NCBI GenBank assembly: GCA_000934665.2 | Contig: KZ538600.1 | Location: 1-59,876 of the forward strand | DNA from: Catajapyx aquilonaris | Taxonomy: Eukaryota | Length of the DNA: 59,876 nt | Direction of reading: 5' to 3' | Shown: positions 1 to 13,807 of the stretch, in pieces | Numbering within the stretch: position 1 is the first letter of the stretch | How the letters are laid out: each line of letters begins with the position of its first letter | The notes under the pieces: model-generated | What the model saw: only the letters and a program-made list of their open reading frames with translations | Databases searched by the model: none | What the model was told of the DNA's origin: nothing | Translations under genes and position numbers: made by a program

Positions 1-100
1 ACACCTGATCCACACCACCTCTGCCTGTGTCTGTTTGCCTACCTTTATTCATCCATCCAATGGACGCAGTGTAACGGACCAGAGGGGAAATCCCTCTCGT

Positions 101-350
101 CACTCTATCTGAGCGTTTTGATTCAGAGTGAATTTTCACTCAATTTGAGCATAAAAACCACTCAAATTGAGTGTTCACCTATATTGTGTCGATTCACTCA
201 CTGAAAGAGTACTTTTCACTCCTTGCTTCAGTAATCCTCCACTCCATTTGAGCTATTTCCACTCTTTTTGGAGAATAACCCACTCATAAGCACTATTTTT
301 GAAAGTGCTCTTTTTTTGAGCGAAAATTTCACTCGAAAATTTTTAGAGTG
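101..350. mobile_element. Degenerate CACTA/EnSpm-like MITE
   Basis: Ends CACTCTA...TAGAGTG, with many subterminal CACTC/GAGTG motifs in both orientations. Confidence 0.45.
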
Positions 351-1159
351 CACTTTATATTTCTGTTGCTATAGAGGTAACCAAAGAACCTAATCAGAAG
401 GGTGATTAATAAAAAGGGCATTAATGAATACAATTTGGCACCCGGGTAACACCCAGCAGGGTAGAACGAAGAGTATTCCCAACCTTCCTGTACAGTGCCT
501 GGTCATGACCTATCACAATGCAAAGTTTGGAGTCGGTTTGTTTCGAGTAACAGCTCGAAATTCGATGCTGATAGCGAGCAACTGCAACATAGTAAGATGA
601 CTGCAACGCAGCGTTGCCATGTCTATTGACAATCAATTTGCAGGCTTCAGTATTTACGAGTCAATTGCAGGCAACATTCAAATTTTTGGCGAAATAGTTG
701 TCACGTGACTCTGACGGGTAATAGGTTTTTTCAGGCCTGCAGTAGTGCCTGTTAAAAGAACTATTACCATATTATCGGCGCCTGTTTTGGTTGAAAGCAG
801 AGCATGTAATTGAGCACTTTGAATGGCCCTCTCTTTGGAGCGGTGGAAAAAAATGTGTTCATCGGAATGATCACATACGTACTCGTATTAACATAGAAAG
901 CGCGCAAATTTTACGACAATCTAGGATTATAAGCTTAGCTTCAGTTCCAGATTAATAGGTATGTACTGTACTGTACAGTATACGCAGCTAACCGCAGCGG
1001 TGAAAAGGACAATAAGTAGGCCTCCAAGGGATGTTGAACCTCTCCTGTGACAGAGTCTATGAGGACGTTCCTTAACCTACCGATGGATGGTCGGAAATCG
1101 TTCCTAATTTAATTTATGAATACCTTATTCTGCTGTAGTACACCTGACATCACCCTATA

Positions 1160-1603
1160 CAGGGTGTATCTGTACTCAGTACACAGACGTATATGATTGT
1201 CTTCCTAGGCACCAGAGGATCAACTTATGTAGAGGAGTCATTATGTCTGGGCCGCCTCATTACTGAGATAATTGACCCACCTGATAGTTATAGCGATTTG
1301 GCTAAAGAGTGATTTGTAAATAGCAGTGAAAGTGCCAGTGCTCTTCAAAATTAGCAGCGACATTCAGAACAAATTGAAATTACAAACCACAACACAACGT
1401 TTTTGCCTAATCGCTCCTTCTGACTGGGGGAGGGTTCGATGGGTGGCCTAACCGACAGGATATTTTGTATTAGGTACATGTTTGATGGCAATTATCTCAG
1501 TAATGAGGCGGCCCAAACATAATGCCTCCTCTATATAAGTTGGTCCTCTGGTACCTAGGAAGACAGTCATATACGTCTGAGTACTGAGTACAGATACACC
1601 CTG
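1160..1603. mobile_element. Tc1/mariner-type MITE with about 115-bp TIRs
   Basis: CAGGGTGTATCTGTACTCAGTAC... / ...GTACTGAGTACAGATACACCCTG, TA on both flanks. Confidence 0.85.
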
Positions 1604-1623
1604 TATAGCATCATTGCTATTAA

Positions 1624-2046
1624 CCCCTTCGCTACCAGATAGGTACGGACCACATAGATTTCGGCTTACGCGTACTCCGAAGATGGCGTTTTCCTAAGTG
1701 CCAGAAAGCCACAAATAAGTATTAATTTATTTCTCGCAAAGTACGACGATTTCAGCAAATTCATCTGGCATGGTTCTCAAGGTTGTTATTCCGCATATTT
1801 TCACGCATTTCATAATTAAATCCGCCTAACAGTTCGTCGGCAGTACTCGGATTTCCAGTTTTTATAGCCATTTTTTGGGAATTAATTTTGGGACTTCTAG
1901 ACGAGTAAAATGGTTCCAGCCACATTCATAGTGTTTCCCAGATCGGGTAAGTATAGCTGTTATTATTTGTAAAATAACTTGTCCGTAACTTCGGAGTAGC
2001 GTAAGCTGAAATCTATGTGTTTCGGGCCTATCTGGTAGCGAAGGGG
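1624..2046. mobile_element. piggyBac-like MITE
   Basis: TTAA flanks (1620-1623, 2047-2050); about 60-bp imperfect TIR CCCCTTCGCTACCAGATAGG / CCTATCTGGTAGCGAAGGGG. Confidence 0.85.
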
Positions 2047-3353
2047 TTAAGGGGTCAGACTGACTGTACCAGTCAGTTCAGAGAATATACGCTGGTTGCC
2101 CGGTCAGCATATACTGTATTATAGGGAAATGAGAAGGAAAAATTAAACAAAAGCATTTATTTCAACCAAAATTTCAGTAGCGTATTATTCATTGCCGCAT
2201 TATAATTTATATCGCGGAACATAATTTACTTTCCCATCAGGACCTGCAATTACATAACGAAATGACGCGTAGCTATAGCATCAGGCAAGACGAACCAAAA
2301 CCTGTGGATATCAACTTGGCAGGCAAAATGTCACCACCTCTTCCTATGATTTAACTTCCATTCATCTCGTACTTTGCAAAGTCCAAGTAGGCTTCTAATG
2401 CTTCACATGTTTGGAAACACCATGGCACCAGCAATATTCAAAAGAAAAGCGGGAGCGAGTTCGTCTCACTGAAGTTATAGAATCTTTCTTTGCGTCTTCC
2501 ATCAATATTATTCGAAGCTGATTTTAATTAAGGTCTACATTCCGGTATACCTGTAAGGTCTTTCTTCTATACTACATTATTGACTTTTTTGCTCCACTTA
2601 TAAAGCGAGTTTGACTTTATATTCCAATTTCCCACTAAACACTGCCGCAATACTAGACTATATGTTTCAGGTAGATCTGCAAGTGACTTGAGTAACCACA
2701 TATTATATTAGGTCACATAATTCGCCATGTATAAGAGTTAGATAATATCCAGCATTACAAATAGCATAAGGCATGATTACCAGAATCTTTAAAATCAAAT
2801 GGCTATAACTTTCGGGATTTAGGGTCTAATAAATTATTGTTGTAATTCACATCTTATACGTCTACCCTCTGTCGCGGGGCAGTGGTTATACCGGTATAGG
2901 TAAAGTGACGAGGAGATGGGGTGGATGAGTGGTGCGCTATTGCCGGCCGGTTATCCCTCCAGGTGGGAATGTAAGGAGGAAGTAAGATGGCGGGCTACTA
3001 CCTGCGGTAATCAGGCCGAGTTTCTCTTTACATCAGATTACTGGGCCGAGTCAAGTCAGGTTTGTCAACAGCACTGTCATCTAGAGAGGAGCCCACTTCG
3101 CGTAAAAAGTGTAACCGACTCAGCCCTATGACACTCCTCGAATACGGTAGTGTAATATCTGTGTCCCATCGTTCGCTAAGATGCCATCTTGTTCAAGGTG
3201 CAACTCCTGCGGTAGGTAGCGGGTAGTCTGCCGCGATTGGCTCGATATTTCTTTCCTTCCGCAGACTTACCACTATAGAGTGCACCTTGAAAAATATGGC
3301 GGATAGCGAACGATGTAGAGCCGCCAGCGCCAAAAGTCCAGTCTGGCGGAGAC

Positions 3354-5354
3354 CAGGGCCGGTTTAAGGATCCGCGGGGCCCGTAGCACTACTAATAGCG
3401 GGGCCTCCTGGGCTCCATGTAGTACTCGTACATAATTGCATTTTGCAACTCCCTTGGGTAGGAGGAAAAATGACGACTGACTGACCGTAACCTTGGGTAT
3501 ATGCCAATGGAGAAAATGGCAATATTGCACACTTGCATTAAATTTAATTTACAGAACAATAGATATTTTGAATGTTTGTCCATGACTTGCTTGAGCAGCC
3601 CATCTTTAATGTAACGGTTAGGATAACTTCGCTGAAAACGTTTTCTAACTACCGGTACGCGTAGGCTACCCTGAACTTTAAAAATCAATCTATCAAGCTT
3701 TCATATGGTTCCCAGCATGCTAAATCTCCATATATAGCTTAGACTTGATGGGACAGCAATAACTATACTGAAGATTTAAGGGATATTTAATTAAATTCAT
3801 TAATTTAGGCGTGTTTAACAGGAGTTCAATTGTGTACAAATTTTGAACTGTATTTAAACTCTTACTTGCAAAACTTCACAAGAAGTATTCACACTCCAAC
3901 TAAAATAATCCTGCATCATATACTGTAGTTATTAGGATCAATGCAGTCTCCGAGCATAGACACTTGCAAACACATCAATTTTTATCATTTTGTTTTGGCG
4001 TCTGTTTCAAATATATAAGTTATCCCATATTTTCTAGAAACCACAGTTTTTAAGTAAACGGCATTTTTTAAAGGGGCAAAGAACATCCCCTGATGATATA
4101 CTATAGGCCTGAATATGTACTCTTATATGTACCTGACATAAAATTCACATGTTGATTTTCTGCTGTACCTGGCTTGAGGAATAACATCCCTCTTGACATA
4201 CGAAGAACAAGAGGAATTGAGGTAATAATAGTTGACACATATTACGCTGCGTGGGTACATTATGAAATCCGAGTAAAATATTCACAACATAGCTTGGTTA
4301 TGAGTCGTACACTGAAATTCCTCATAATTTGACACTAATTTTTAAATATAGTAATGGATAATAAGACTTAATTAATGGATGGCTCACGTTGCCCCTGTTG
4401 ATGACGGCAGTAAATGAACCAAAATCTTTACTAGGAGTCTAGGACTTACAAGTACAAATATTACAGAATTTTAAAATATACATATAGGGTTATATTATTG
4501 AGCCATATAGGGTTTGTTTCAAGAAGATTGTTGCCGATAGAAACCTTCTGACGTAATATGCAACACTAGCGCCTCTGAATGCGTAAAAAATACAGTACCT
4601 AATATTGTTCACTTGAAAAAACATCATCGGTGTAAATAATGTAACCACTATAATAATAATAATTACAGACCTAGCTCTGCTGTTCAGTAGCGTGCCTGCA
4701 CAAGAAGTGTATGGCCCTGTGTGCACTCTGCACTGTGCAGGAGTACGGGGCCTACGAGATTTCTCAGGCTTGATACCGGATGATGAACCCTCAAGATGTA
4801 CACAGGGTTGTCAATATTACATAGAGCATGACCCCCCAAAAATGCATTAAAAAATTGCCATCCAGTTGGCCTCCAACAACCTCAGTGACTTCTTATTTCT
4901 TGCCTTGCACCGTGTACAGTGACCCTCGGCCTCGGCCTCGACCAGAAGTCGGGATTCCTAATTGAAGGCACCTGATTTCCCTCTGGCGCGGAAAGATCAC
5001 CAGGCCGGTTTTATGTCCCAAAATTTTTGCCTTCAACCTCCTGTGGGAGAGATGGGCCCCGGACTGGGGCCCCCCTGCCAAGTACAGTATATCCGCCACT
5101 GATTTAGCCCCCCCAGTCTCTGTGAAACCCGCACAGCTATACTTCCAGACCATTTTGTCTCCATCTAAACTTCATCCCGCACTCAAGCAAAAATATCTTC
5201 ATTATATTGGTCGAATGTACTATGCAAGATAATTTGCAATACTTAATGACAAATTTATAATAGCATCAGCGCGGGGCCCCTATCAGCGCAGGGCCCCTAT
5301 CAGCGCGGGGCCTGTAGCACGTGCTACATGTGCTACTATGTAAAACCGCCTCTG
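3354..5354. mobile_element. Non-autonomous hAT-like element, about 2.0 kb
   Basis: 8-bp TSD GCGGAGAC (3346-3353, 5355-5362); ends CAGGGCCGGTTTA / TAAAACCGCCTCTG; subterminal GCGGGGCCC repeats at both ends; no recognisable transposase. Confidence 0.8.
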
Positions 5355-6410
5355 GCGGAGACACAGGAATTAAACTACCGTATCCATACAACTAAGGGGT
5401 AAATGACAGGGGGTTGCACCAACGAGGTATAAATAGGGTAGAGGCTTCCAAGTTCCAACCACGTGAAAGTGCTGCCACCATAATTATGAAGTAATGCGTA
5501 CTATCGGCGGTCATGACACTTCACGGCAAAAAGAGCGATGGCGTCCATATAAACGTATTGAGTAGTCATGTTTGGAGCCCTTTAGAGCAGGATTCTTAAC
5601 CAGTGCCCGTACCCCCAGGGGTTGCGAGGTGGTCCACTTGGGGATGAGCATAGAGCAAGGTACACCATGAACTTAGTCGTAATATGAACTTAATGTTTTT
5701 GGCCTAAACATTGACACTGCCCATATCGGGCAATGTTGGACATGTCATGACCCTTAATTATTAGTTTACACAAAGGAAAATTTTGGCTGCTGATACAGAT
5801 TAGGAGCTTTGAATGAGGAATCTCATCGACATAATATTATAGCCGGTATGAATAAGGTTAAAGTGTTAAACCAAAAAGGGGGGGGGGGGNNNNNNNNNNN
5901 NNNNNNNNNNNNNNNNNNNNNNNNNNNNNNNNNNNNNNNNNNNNNNNNNNNNNNNNNNNNNNTTTGCGGAGGTCACAATAACAAGTCCCAGCATTGCAGT
6001 TTCAGTCAGCATACCGACGGTTATTGGTAGTTAGGGGTCGAATTTTTGTTCCACTGCTAGTTATTGCTACTTACCAGTTACCAGCAGTACACTGTACCAG
6101 TGTCAACAACTGATAACTACCATGATGACCCATGAAGAAGCACATCAGTGGGAGAATCCTCACTTGCAGTAGCAGGCTGTTAGCAGAGGCTTAGCAGTAG
6201 GGCGAAAATTCCACCATATAGGATTTTACCTCCTTCAACATAAAACTACTATACTGTACAGCATATAACCATGAGATGACAAGAGTTACTTGTAGTGGAA
6301 TCCTAGCAGGCGTCAGCAATATTACTTGTGTGCTGAAGAAACTCTTAAGGCTGCCATGCAACTGAATTCTGATTCATTCCAGCATGATTACATTTCTGAA
6401 TCGAAGCGAA

Positions 6411-6590
6411 TAATAATAATTCATGGCCCCGTGACAGGGCCATAGGCCCTTATAGTGGAGTGGAATACCACCATTTTCCTTCAATTTTCTATTTTTCTTC
6501 TAACTCCGGTGCAAGGATGAAAGGACATGGGTAAGGGTAGGGATTTTTGGGGAGGGAACATATAGGTGCAAGTGCAATGTCTACATGGGA
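6411..6590 (-). mobile_element. 5'-truncated SINE, family D (3' half)
   Basis: Reverse complement aligns with 54765-54918 (GACATTGCACTTGCACC...CCCCAAAAATCC...CCTTGCACCGGAG...GGTGGT) and ends in hairpin-CACGGGG-TTA repeats. Confidence 0.7.
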
Positions 6591-7099
6591 GAATATGCAA
6601 TTCATTAGACTACATTGCAAGAAATGTTGTTCGATGTATCATGAAGAGCTGTAACCGTGTTGAATGTTCTGATATTCTTCAAGGTGTTGACAACTTATGT
6701 ACCCTGGATAACATTTTGATTGCTAAGTTACCATAGTCTATATAACATCTTGGAGGTTTATCAGACTCGACCCATGACGTCAATTACCTACTTCTTCTTG
6801 CAGAAAATTTTTCATTAATGTTTGTAGTTCTTCTCTCAAGAAATACAAATACATTTTGTTAACATTGCAATTATTGCTAACTATGAGTCTCGTGAGGAAT
6901 CATAAGGGCATATAAGCAAGGTAGTCTGCATGTAGAAATGCATGAATGCCTATTGATTGATCGTTGACTAGGTTTATTTTCAGTCAATTAGGAAATTAAT
7001 GACCATATACCATATTACGAATTATGGCAGAGCACTAATTTTTGAAGACTAACCTAGGTCATTAAGAAGAGGTTTTTATGCAGTCTCTATATTGTATAA

Positions 7100-7249
7100 A
7101 GCCGCGTTTACATGCGAGTGATTTATCAGTGATGTTGTAGCGATGTACATTGTACACCGCTGAGTGATGAAACCAATATTGTTTGAGGCGAAAATATAAT
7201 TATTGTTACCAAAACATCTCAGATAAATCGCTCACATGTAAACGAGGCT
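7100..7249. mobile_element. PIF/Harbinger-like MITE
   Basis: TIR AGCCGCGTTTACATGCGAGTGATTTATC / GATAAATCGCTCACATGTAAACGAGGCT; TAA/TTA flanks. Confidence 0.7.
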
Positions 7250-10200
7250 TTAATCCTAATTTTTGATAGTGCGGTGCAAATAAAATTAATTTGGTAAAGA
7301 AGCAAGCAAAACTGAGGCTGAGCTTTTCGTCCAATCAGGCTCATGTCAAGTATTATGTAGATAACGAAGGCTTCAGCTTTACCTGATGTCTGCAGTCTTT
7401 GCTGCCAGACCCCAAAAGTGAATGTTTTAAATGGGATCATTTGCTCTAAAAGTTTTTAAAAAGCTAAAGACTCTATCATTCTAATACAGTATTATTTTAA
7501 AGCTGGTATAATTGAGAAGTTGAAGTATTGAAAATCACTTAACGACGTTAGTCAGCGCCGAAGAAAAATTATCGTTAGAGCTAAGTTAGGATAAAAGAAC
7601 GGCATCAATATTATTGAGAGCAGCTGCTTAAAAGTGGTTCAAGTCACTTTGGAAATTGCTGTCATCGACGTAGTGCTGATCCGCAATTATGAGAGGTGAA
7701 ATTATGTCATAATCAGAAAGAAACGATGTCGTAATTTCGATTACATTGTATATTGCAAGTTTTTTGAGATAAAAGGAGTTAACGCTGAATAAATCGACTG
7801 AGGCTTTACATTCTAAAATTTATCGTGTCCACTTGTGACCCCGCCTTTTCAATATGATCAGTATACAGCAGGCGAGTTTTACCTGGGGAAAATAAGTCAA
7901 TGCTGTTATATGGATTGTCTTTCATTGAATTATCTTTCGTGGGATTGGCATTGTGTCCAGGCACTTTTCCTTTTCGTGATGCCTGCCTACTCCAGTACTG
8001 TACTCGCGGGTGTAATAATACGTGTTTGTAATACGGGCCGGCCTAACAGCATTACAGGTCCCCAGGCAAAGCAGTTGCACCTATACACAACCACTCGAAC
8101 ATGAATAAAAACATATGCTCCGCAATGAACCTGTTAGCACTTTGGGTAACACATGAGCTAGCTCGTACCGTTACGACATCGCCAGCAAGTCACATAGTTT
8201 TTAGTTTGGTATCATTTGGTATCATATTTATGTATTGACAGCAAGTCAAACATTCACAGATTAACATATGGGGTCTCTATAGGAAGTAAGGCGTTCAATA
8301 TGTACCGTACCGAATTAGTTTGGCTTATATCATAATATACCGTAATGTCAAATTTGAAGTTGTCCCTTATATGAGTTATTGTGTACTGGAAAATATGGTG
8401 ACATTATTTTGGGAGTGTCGCCCATGAATTACACTGCATATTCCTAAGTTATACACATCATCATAATTTGTAGAGATATGGCCTATTAATGCTACACCGT
8501 TTATGCGAGTTTGTCTGCCACTATGTGTGCCCTGCACATAAATTTTCATTGCACTAATGTGACTTACCAACATTTCCGTCTCAACTCATAGTAACGAGAT
8601 AATCTAGCCATAAAATGGGGTGGTGCTCTTTGAACAACCTTAAAAGGTGTTTATTCCATAATCATTTTTCCACACAACTACAGCTCATGGACCTTATTAC
8701 TCGAATGTGTCGTATAATATGGCTCACTAAAACTTCCATTGCAATAGAGTGCTCTTTTTTATAGACTGAGCGAAATATTGTGCCTTTACCTTTTCATCTT
8801 GTTTTATGCTCTTGAAGCTACGACTACTAACTTACTGTTGTGCCAGAATGGCCTGTGCCAACGGATGCAACTTTATATCGACGTATACGTTGTTAATGGT
8901 GGATCCCTCTGTACATTACTAACGCAGCACATATGGCGGCAGCAGCTGTTTTAGTAACGTGACTATCCACAGCAGTTGAAGTACATCCCTAATTTTCAGG
9001 GCTTTTAAGTTCTGGTTTGTATTATGGTCGAAATTTTCCATTGCTCTCATTGTCATTTACTGGATTTTCATATTATTTTGTAGGGATCAGAGAAACATAT
9101 TACTTTCCATCACTGGCGAAATGTAGTAGCTATCTGCTGTTGTTGTTTTCGATGATGAGTTTTTTTTTCATTATACTGAACTGAACATCGGTATAAAAGA
9201 CCAAAATAATGTAACGTATTCTTGTTGACCAATTTTTAACTCATCTCAAGAATGGCCTTCACATACCCCTTCATATTACACTATATTTTATGGGTTATGG
9301 CCAAAAATGTGGAGGCCCTACATTTGATGCCCAGTGTTTTCTTTGTAGCTTGAGTTGTAATTTTAATTTTGCCAGCTTTAGAGTGGATTTCGGCTATAGA
9401 ATGTACCACCTGAGGGAATGCAGAAATGCATTGGAATCACCACTTGAGCGATCTCTCTCTCAGTATACCATATACAGCCGGAACGTTATGTATGGGGCAC
9501 TTCATATAATTATTATTACATTACACATCGTTCCGTACAGCAAAACAATTGGCTATGTGAGTTCCTAATATTATTATTGCTCGACATGTCCGTTGACACT
9601 ATTTTGAATGAGCCCTTCCCTTCCACTCGGTGCACGTCTGAAATGTGACGTTTATCCCGCAGCAGCAGCAGCGACTGTTCCACGCCATGTCATTAAAATA
9701 TGTTTGAATGAGGCAGCAAAATCCTGCCTTTGTTCCGGAGTAGTGTTTCTTCCTCTCTGGGCCGGAATTCTCTTTCCTGGGCTGGCTTCCCCTTCAAGAT
9801 GACACTGCTCGGTAAATACTCCACGCTATTGATTACTGGAGCAATAATGCAGCTGCGACACCAACTTATAATGCAGCCAACTGGAGAACAAGTGCTGCAG
9901 CAGCTGGGTCATAAAAGGCTAGAATTAAAAAAAGAGAAAGAAAGTATAAAAAAAGGGAAGGAGGGAAGAAAGAAAGTGGGGCACCAGCTAACGTCGTAGC
10001 AATGAAATCTCAAACTTGGAAAGCGGTTACAAAGGAATGTGGCTTGCTCACAGAAACAGCAGCCCAGTATTATTCATCTCGTCAGGGGTATTATGAGATG
10101 TGTTAGGAACGTTATAGGGTGCATCTACATGTAAGTATTGAATACCGGCTGTTTTCTTCCTCGGATTTCAAAGTTACACTATGCGCGGACTTCGTTTCAA

Positions 10201-10596
10201 AGTTTCCCCCTCGAGTCTCTGAATGAGCTTCCAAGTAATGCTGAGGTTTCCAAAGAATTATTGATGAAAGTAGAGACGAGGGCTCTTTGTTCTTACAGAG
10301 AGGATAAAACGGCGATAGAAATCCTCTCCAGTTTGCCCAACTTGGTCTATAAATCAATTCGGCACATTACATATCATGTCGCACAATGGGACTCAAAAAA
10401 AGGTTAAAAGTCTAAGAAGCTTAGTTTTTTTTACTGCGCCACATGGGGGCAGTTTGTTTAGAGTGGACGCGTGTGCAGCAATGGGGAAAAGTTAAAGTGA
10501 AAGGGACCATTAGGTGACTAAATAAAACCACGTCGATGCAGCTTTAAAATTCATAAATTTATCAAAATTTATGCATGTCTAGATATAGGGTTCTAT

Positions 10597-11073
10597 AGGA
10601 TGTTTCACAATGATCCAGACAAACTTGCCAAGTTTGTCTGGATCATTATCATTCTACACCAAATCATATCGAGGGGTGCTCGTGACTTTTATATTTCAAG
10701 AGTGTTTTGCAGGATTGTAGACCCAACCTAGAATCCCAAAATCATGCTACCATGCAATTTCAATCTTTTAAATATTTTTAAGCTTTACACCATTAGAGGG
10801 AACAGAGCCCTTTTAGGGGGTAACCATGCAGTTTCAATTTAAAATGGCCTACCGGTATCGCATTAGGTGTTATGTAGCAAGTAGTTGCCGAGTCCATGGA
10901 AATGTCGCAAGCTGTATCCGGGACATAGGAAATTGTATAATGCTCTCTTTATTGATGATAATTATATCAGGAGTCACAAGGTTGAGGATAACACATTACA
11001 CTGTACATAAGGTGATCATCGTTGCCCAATAATTTACGGTAAAAGTTTGCCAGAATCATTATGAAACACCCTG
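10597..11073. mobile_element. Degenerate Tc1/mariner-type MITE
   Basis: GGATGTTTCACAATGATCCAGACAAACTT / AAGTTTGCCAGAATCATTATGAAACACCCTG imperfect TIRs. Confidence 0.55.
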
Positions 11074-11650
11074 CGCAGGTTCACATTTCATGTATCAGCA
11101 AGCAAAGTTTAGAATGTCAGCTGGTTTTCTAAACTCTGCTAACTGATACACCTAGGTGTATGACCAAATCGTCAACAACTGAAAGAGGTCATTCTGGGGT
11201 CATTACAGTATACGCTGGGCATAAACTCTGTTGGTGCCTTTTTTGTGGTAGGCTAACCATTGATTTTTTACTCGACTTCCACTTGGCTGAGACTCTCAGT
11301 TTACAACAAGCTGCTACATGACTGTAGACCTACTCGAAATTGAAAGTTTGTGCCTTCTCATTTTTACGTACTGTAGCACATTACATTGACCTGCACTGTG
11401 AAACTGGCAGACGCCATAACTATAATAATTATAGTACCATGTGTATAGAGTATTATTCAAAATGTGCCCCAGGAGGAATGGTTGATTTATAAGAGTTCAG
11501 CATTAGCTTATTGCTGATACCAGTTATCAGGCTGCCAGCTGCTAAGTGGATTCAATTATAGACCCATTTGTTTATGGTTAAGTCATTTTCGGCATAGTCA
11601 CTGACATTCATCAGATCAGGAAAAGGGAGGCCATATATTAACAATACAGT

Positions 11651-11917
11651 ACAATATTGGTTACCCCGTGACATGCTTTGTGTGTGTGTGGGTTTTTAGG
11701 GGATCCTCTTATAAGTTCCCGACTTTATCGCTGCGCTGCTGATGGATTTTGGTTATGTGAAGAAACGGGAGAACCCCGAGAAACCTCAATCGAACACGGA
11801 GAGAACCCATCGACACTAATACCACATGAGAATGAGTCCAATTAATCTGGGGATCAAACCTAGGTCCTCAAGGGTGGAAGACTGTGGCAATAACCACTAC
11901 TATACACCACGACCCCA
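11651..11917 (-). mobile_element. tRNA-derived SINE, family E
   Basis: tRNA-like head with A/B-box remnants (GGTTTGATCCCC), core GGTTTCTCGGGGTTCTCCCGTTTC, tail TCACGGGGTA; 12-bp TSD TAACAATACAGT (11639-11650, 11918-11929). A decayed relative lies near 43500-43600. Confidence 0.75.
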
Positions 11918-13618
11918 TAACAATACAGTGTAACAAATGAGGCAAGTTCAATTAACAACAAGACGCATATTGGATATATTGCATCCCGAGATTCCACATA
12001 ACTTTGGAGAGACACTCATAACATAGGCCTACTAGATCTTGCCCCGGTAAATTTAAAATAGCAATGAATTCTTGCTCTATACTGTATATTATGCATTGTA
12101 AACCATGAGCCAGTATTCTGGAAATCAATCACCTGCTGCAATATGTATTCCCCGCACAACAGCCAGAATTTCAAAGGCTCTTTTTTTCCGGACCACTTGA
12201 TTTGAATTCGACTGTTGGCCCAGCGTTTTTGTCGAGTACACTGTAACTTCCATCTTCACGTCGATTATTTACACACTGACGGTGTGTAAGCATATTCTAC
12301 TGCGGGTGAAACTTGAAAGTGAATTCATTATTGGCAGACAGTGTGCAGGAGAAGCCAACCCGCTTAAGGCTTGACGGATGCGATAGGACCCGCAGCATCT
12401 CAGCCTCTGGAAGAAAGAATGTGCGAGCGGATCATCTGCAACTGAAGGCTGGAAGCAGAATAATTGTAGGGGGTGAACAAGGCGTATTGGTTGGTATAGC
12501 ACAGCCACGTTATCTGCTTTCCTGGAGGTGGAAAAGCAGCAACAAGCGGTGAGTGAGGGCAGCTGCTGTCTGTGTCGCATCCATTCACCGGGCTTTGAGC
12601 TGGCCACAAAGCACTCTTGGGGCTCATGTGACAGTTGCCACTGAGGCCCCTGGCCAGTTCTCAGCCTTGTCAAACCAATCCGGACTTGTTCGCTCAAGTA
12701 CGGCGTTGGTTGGACCTCACGAACACCCCACTGGATCTTGTTTTTGGTATCCTTGCCGGTCTGCTTCCTTTTCATGTTTATTGTGTCGGATTAGAGGGGA
12801 AAATACCTGCTACAGAGTGTAGCCAGTGGCATAGCGTCCTCAGAGCCTGAACATATTAATTACAGCACCTTGTAAGTGCTCTCACGTTGGGAGTAAGTTA
12901 GTGATTTCACCAGACGACGACAGTATACTGTAGGCCTACTGTGTTATTACCGTTTCACAGCTGCAAAATATTGTTCTTGCGATCTGCTACAGTACCCTGA
13001 ACCAGTCCTCAGATGCTGCGGGGATATAATGCCATTTTCGTAGGCAAAACCTCATGCCCAGGGCGTTACAGTAAAAGCAGTACACCCAGTGCACAAAGCT
13101 GTGTGATTCTACCTGGAACTGATATGCTGCTTCTAAAGCAAAGTTGTGCCTATACTGTATACAGCGGATTGAAAATGGAATTTTTAAAAAGCAAAATTAT
13201 CTGCAACATGCTTTTTACCAGGGGATTTTAGTTCATTACAGTGGCCTGTAAGAACATTATCATCACAATCGTTATATTCATCGCCGCGCCGCCTTCACCT
13301 GTGCGCTGTTCAACAAGATGCAGGCTTATTTAAATTTCAATCAAAGCAGTAAATGCCCGAATTTGCAAATAAAACGGCACTATTTAGAATGCAATTCATT
13401 GCACATACCGGGTGGTGTACTCTCTAAAACCAAGTGGGAGGAAAGCTTAACAGGAGATTAATATTGTTTATCTGACTGTAAGAAACCCACAATCAGACCC
13501 ACTTGTCATGGTTGTTGCTTCTCATTATACTAGTTTCTGTCAGGAGTGTGGAAAATCCATATAAGTTACTTATTCCTCTCTTCATCTGGGACCTTTGGCA
13601 ATCACTATTCTACAGTAA

Positions 13619-13733
13619 ACTGTAAAAAAATGCACTATAAGGAGTTGACACCAGGATAAGAAATTATACATTATAATGTAATAATTTCTTGTCCTGGTGT
13701 CAACTCCTTATAGTAGCCTACATTTTTTACAGT
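13619..13733. repeat. Near-perfect palindrome, probably a CACTA-like mini-MITE
   Basis: ACTGTAAAAAAATG..CTATAAGGAGTTGACACCAGGATAAGAAATTAT / ATAATTTCTTGTCCTGGTGTCAACTCCTTATAG..CATTTTTTACAGT. Confidence 0.8.
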
Positions 13734-13807
13734 AAGTGTGTTCGAAGAGCTTAACAACATCGAAAGTATATGTACTTTCGATGTTGTTAAGCTCTTCGAA
13801 CACACTT
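13734..13807. repeat. Perfect palindrome, 35-bp arms and 4-nt spacer
   Basis: AAGTGTGTTCGAAGAGCTTAACAACATCGAAAGTA-tatg-TACTTTCGATGTTGTTAAGCTCTTCGAACACACTT. Confidence 0.95.

Noticed and set aside
9730..10407. Charged ORFs (LELKKEKESIKKGKE; ESLNELPSNAEVSKELL)
   Set aside because: Short, with no family motif and no supporting splice sites; possibly a decayed transposon but unsupported.
12269..12850. Cluster of overlapping ORFs up to 168 aa
   Set aside because: No recognisable domain and no consistent splice structure; the ORFs lie on both strands of a mildly GC-richer patch.
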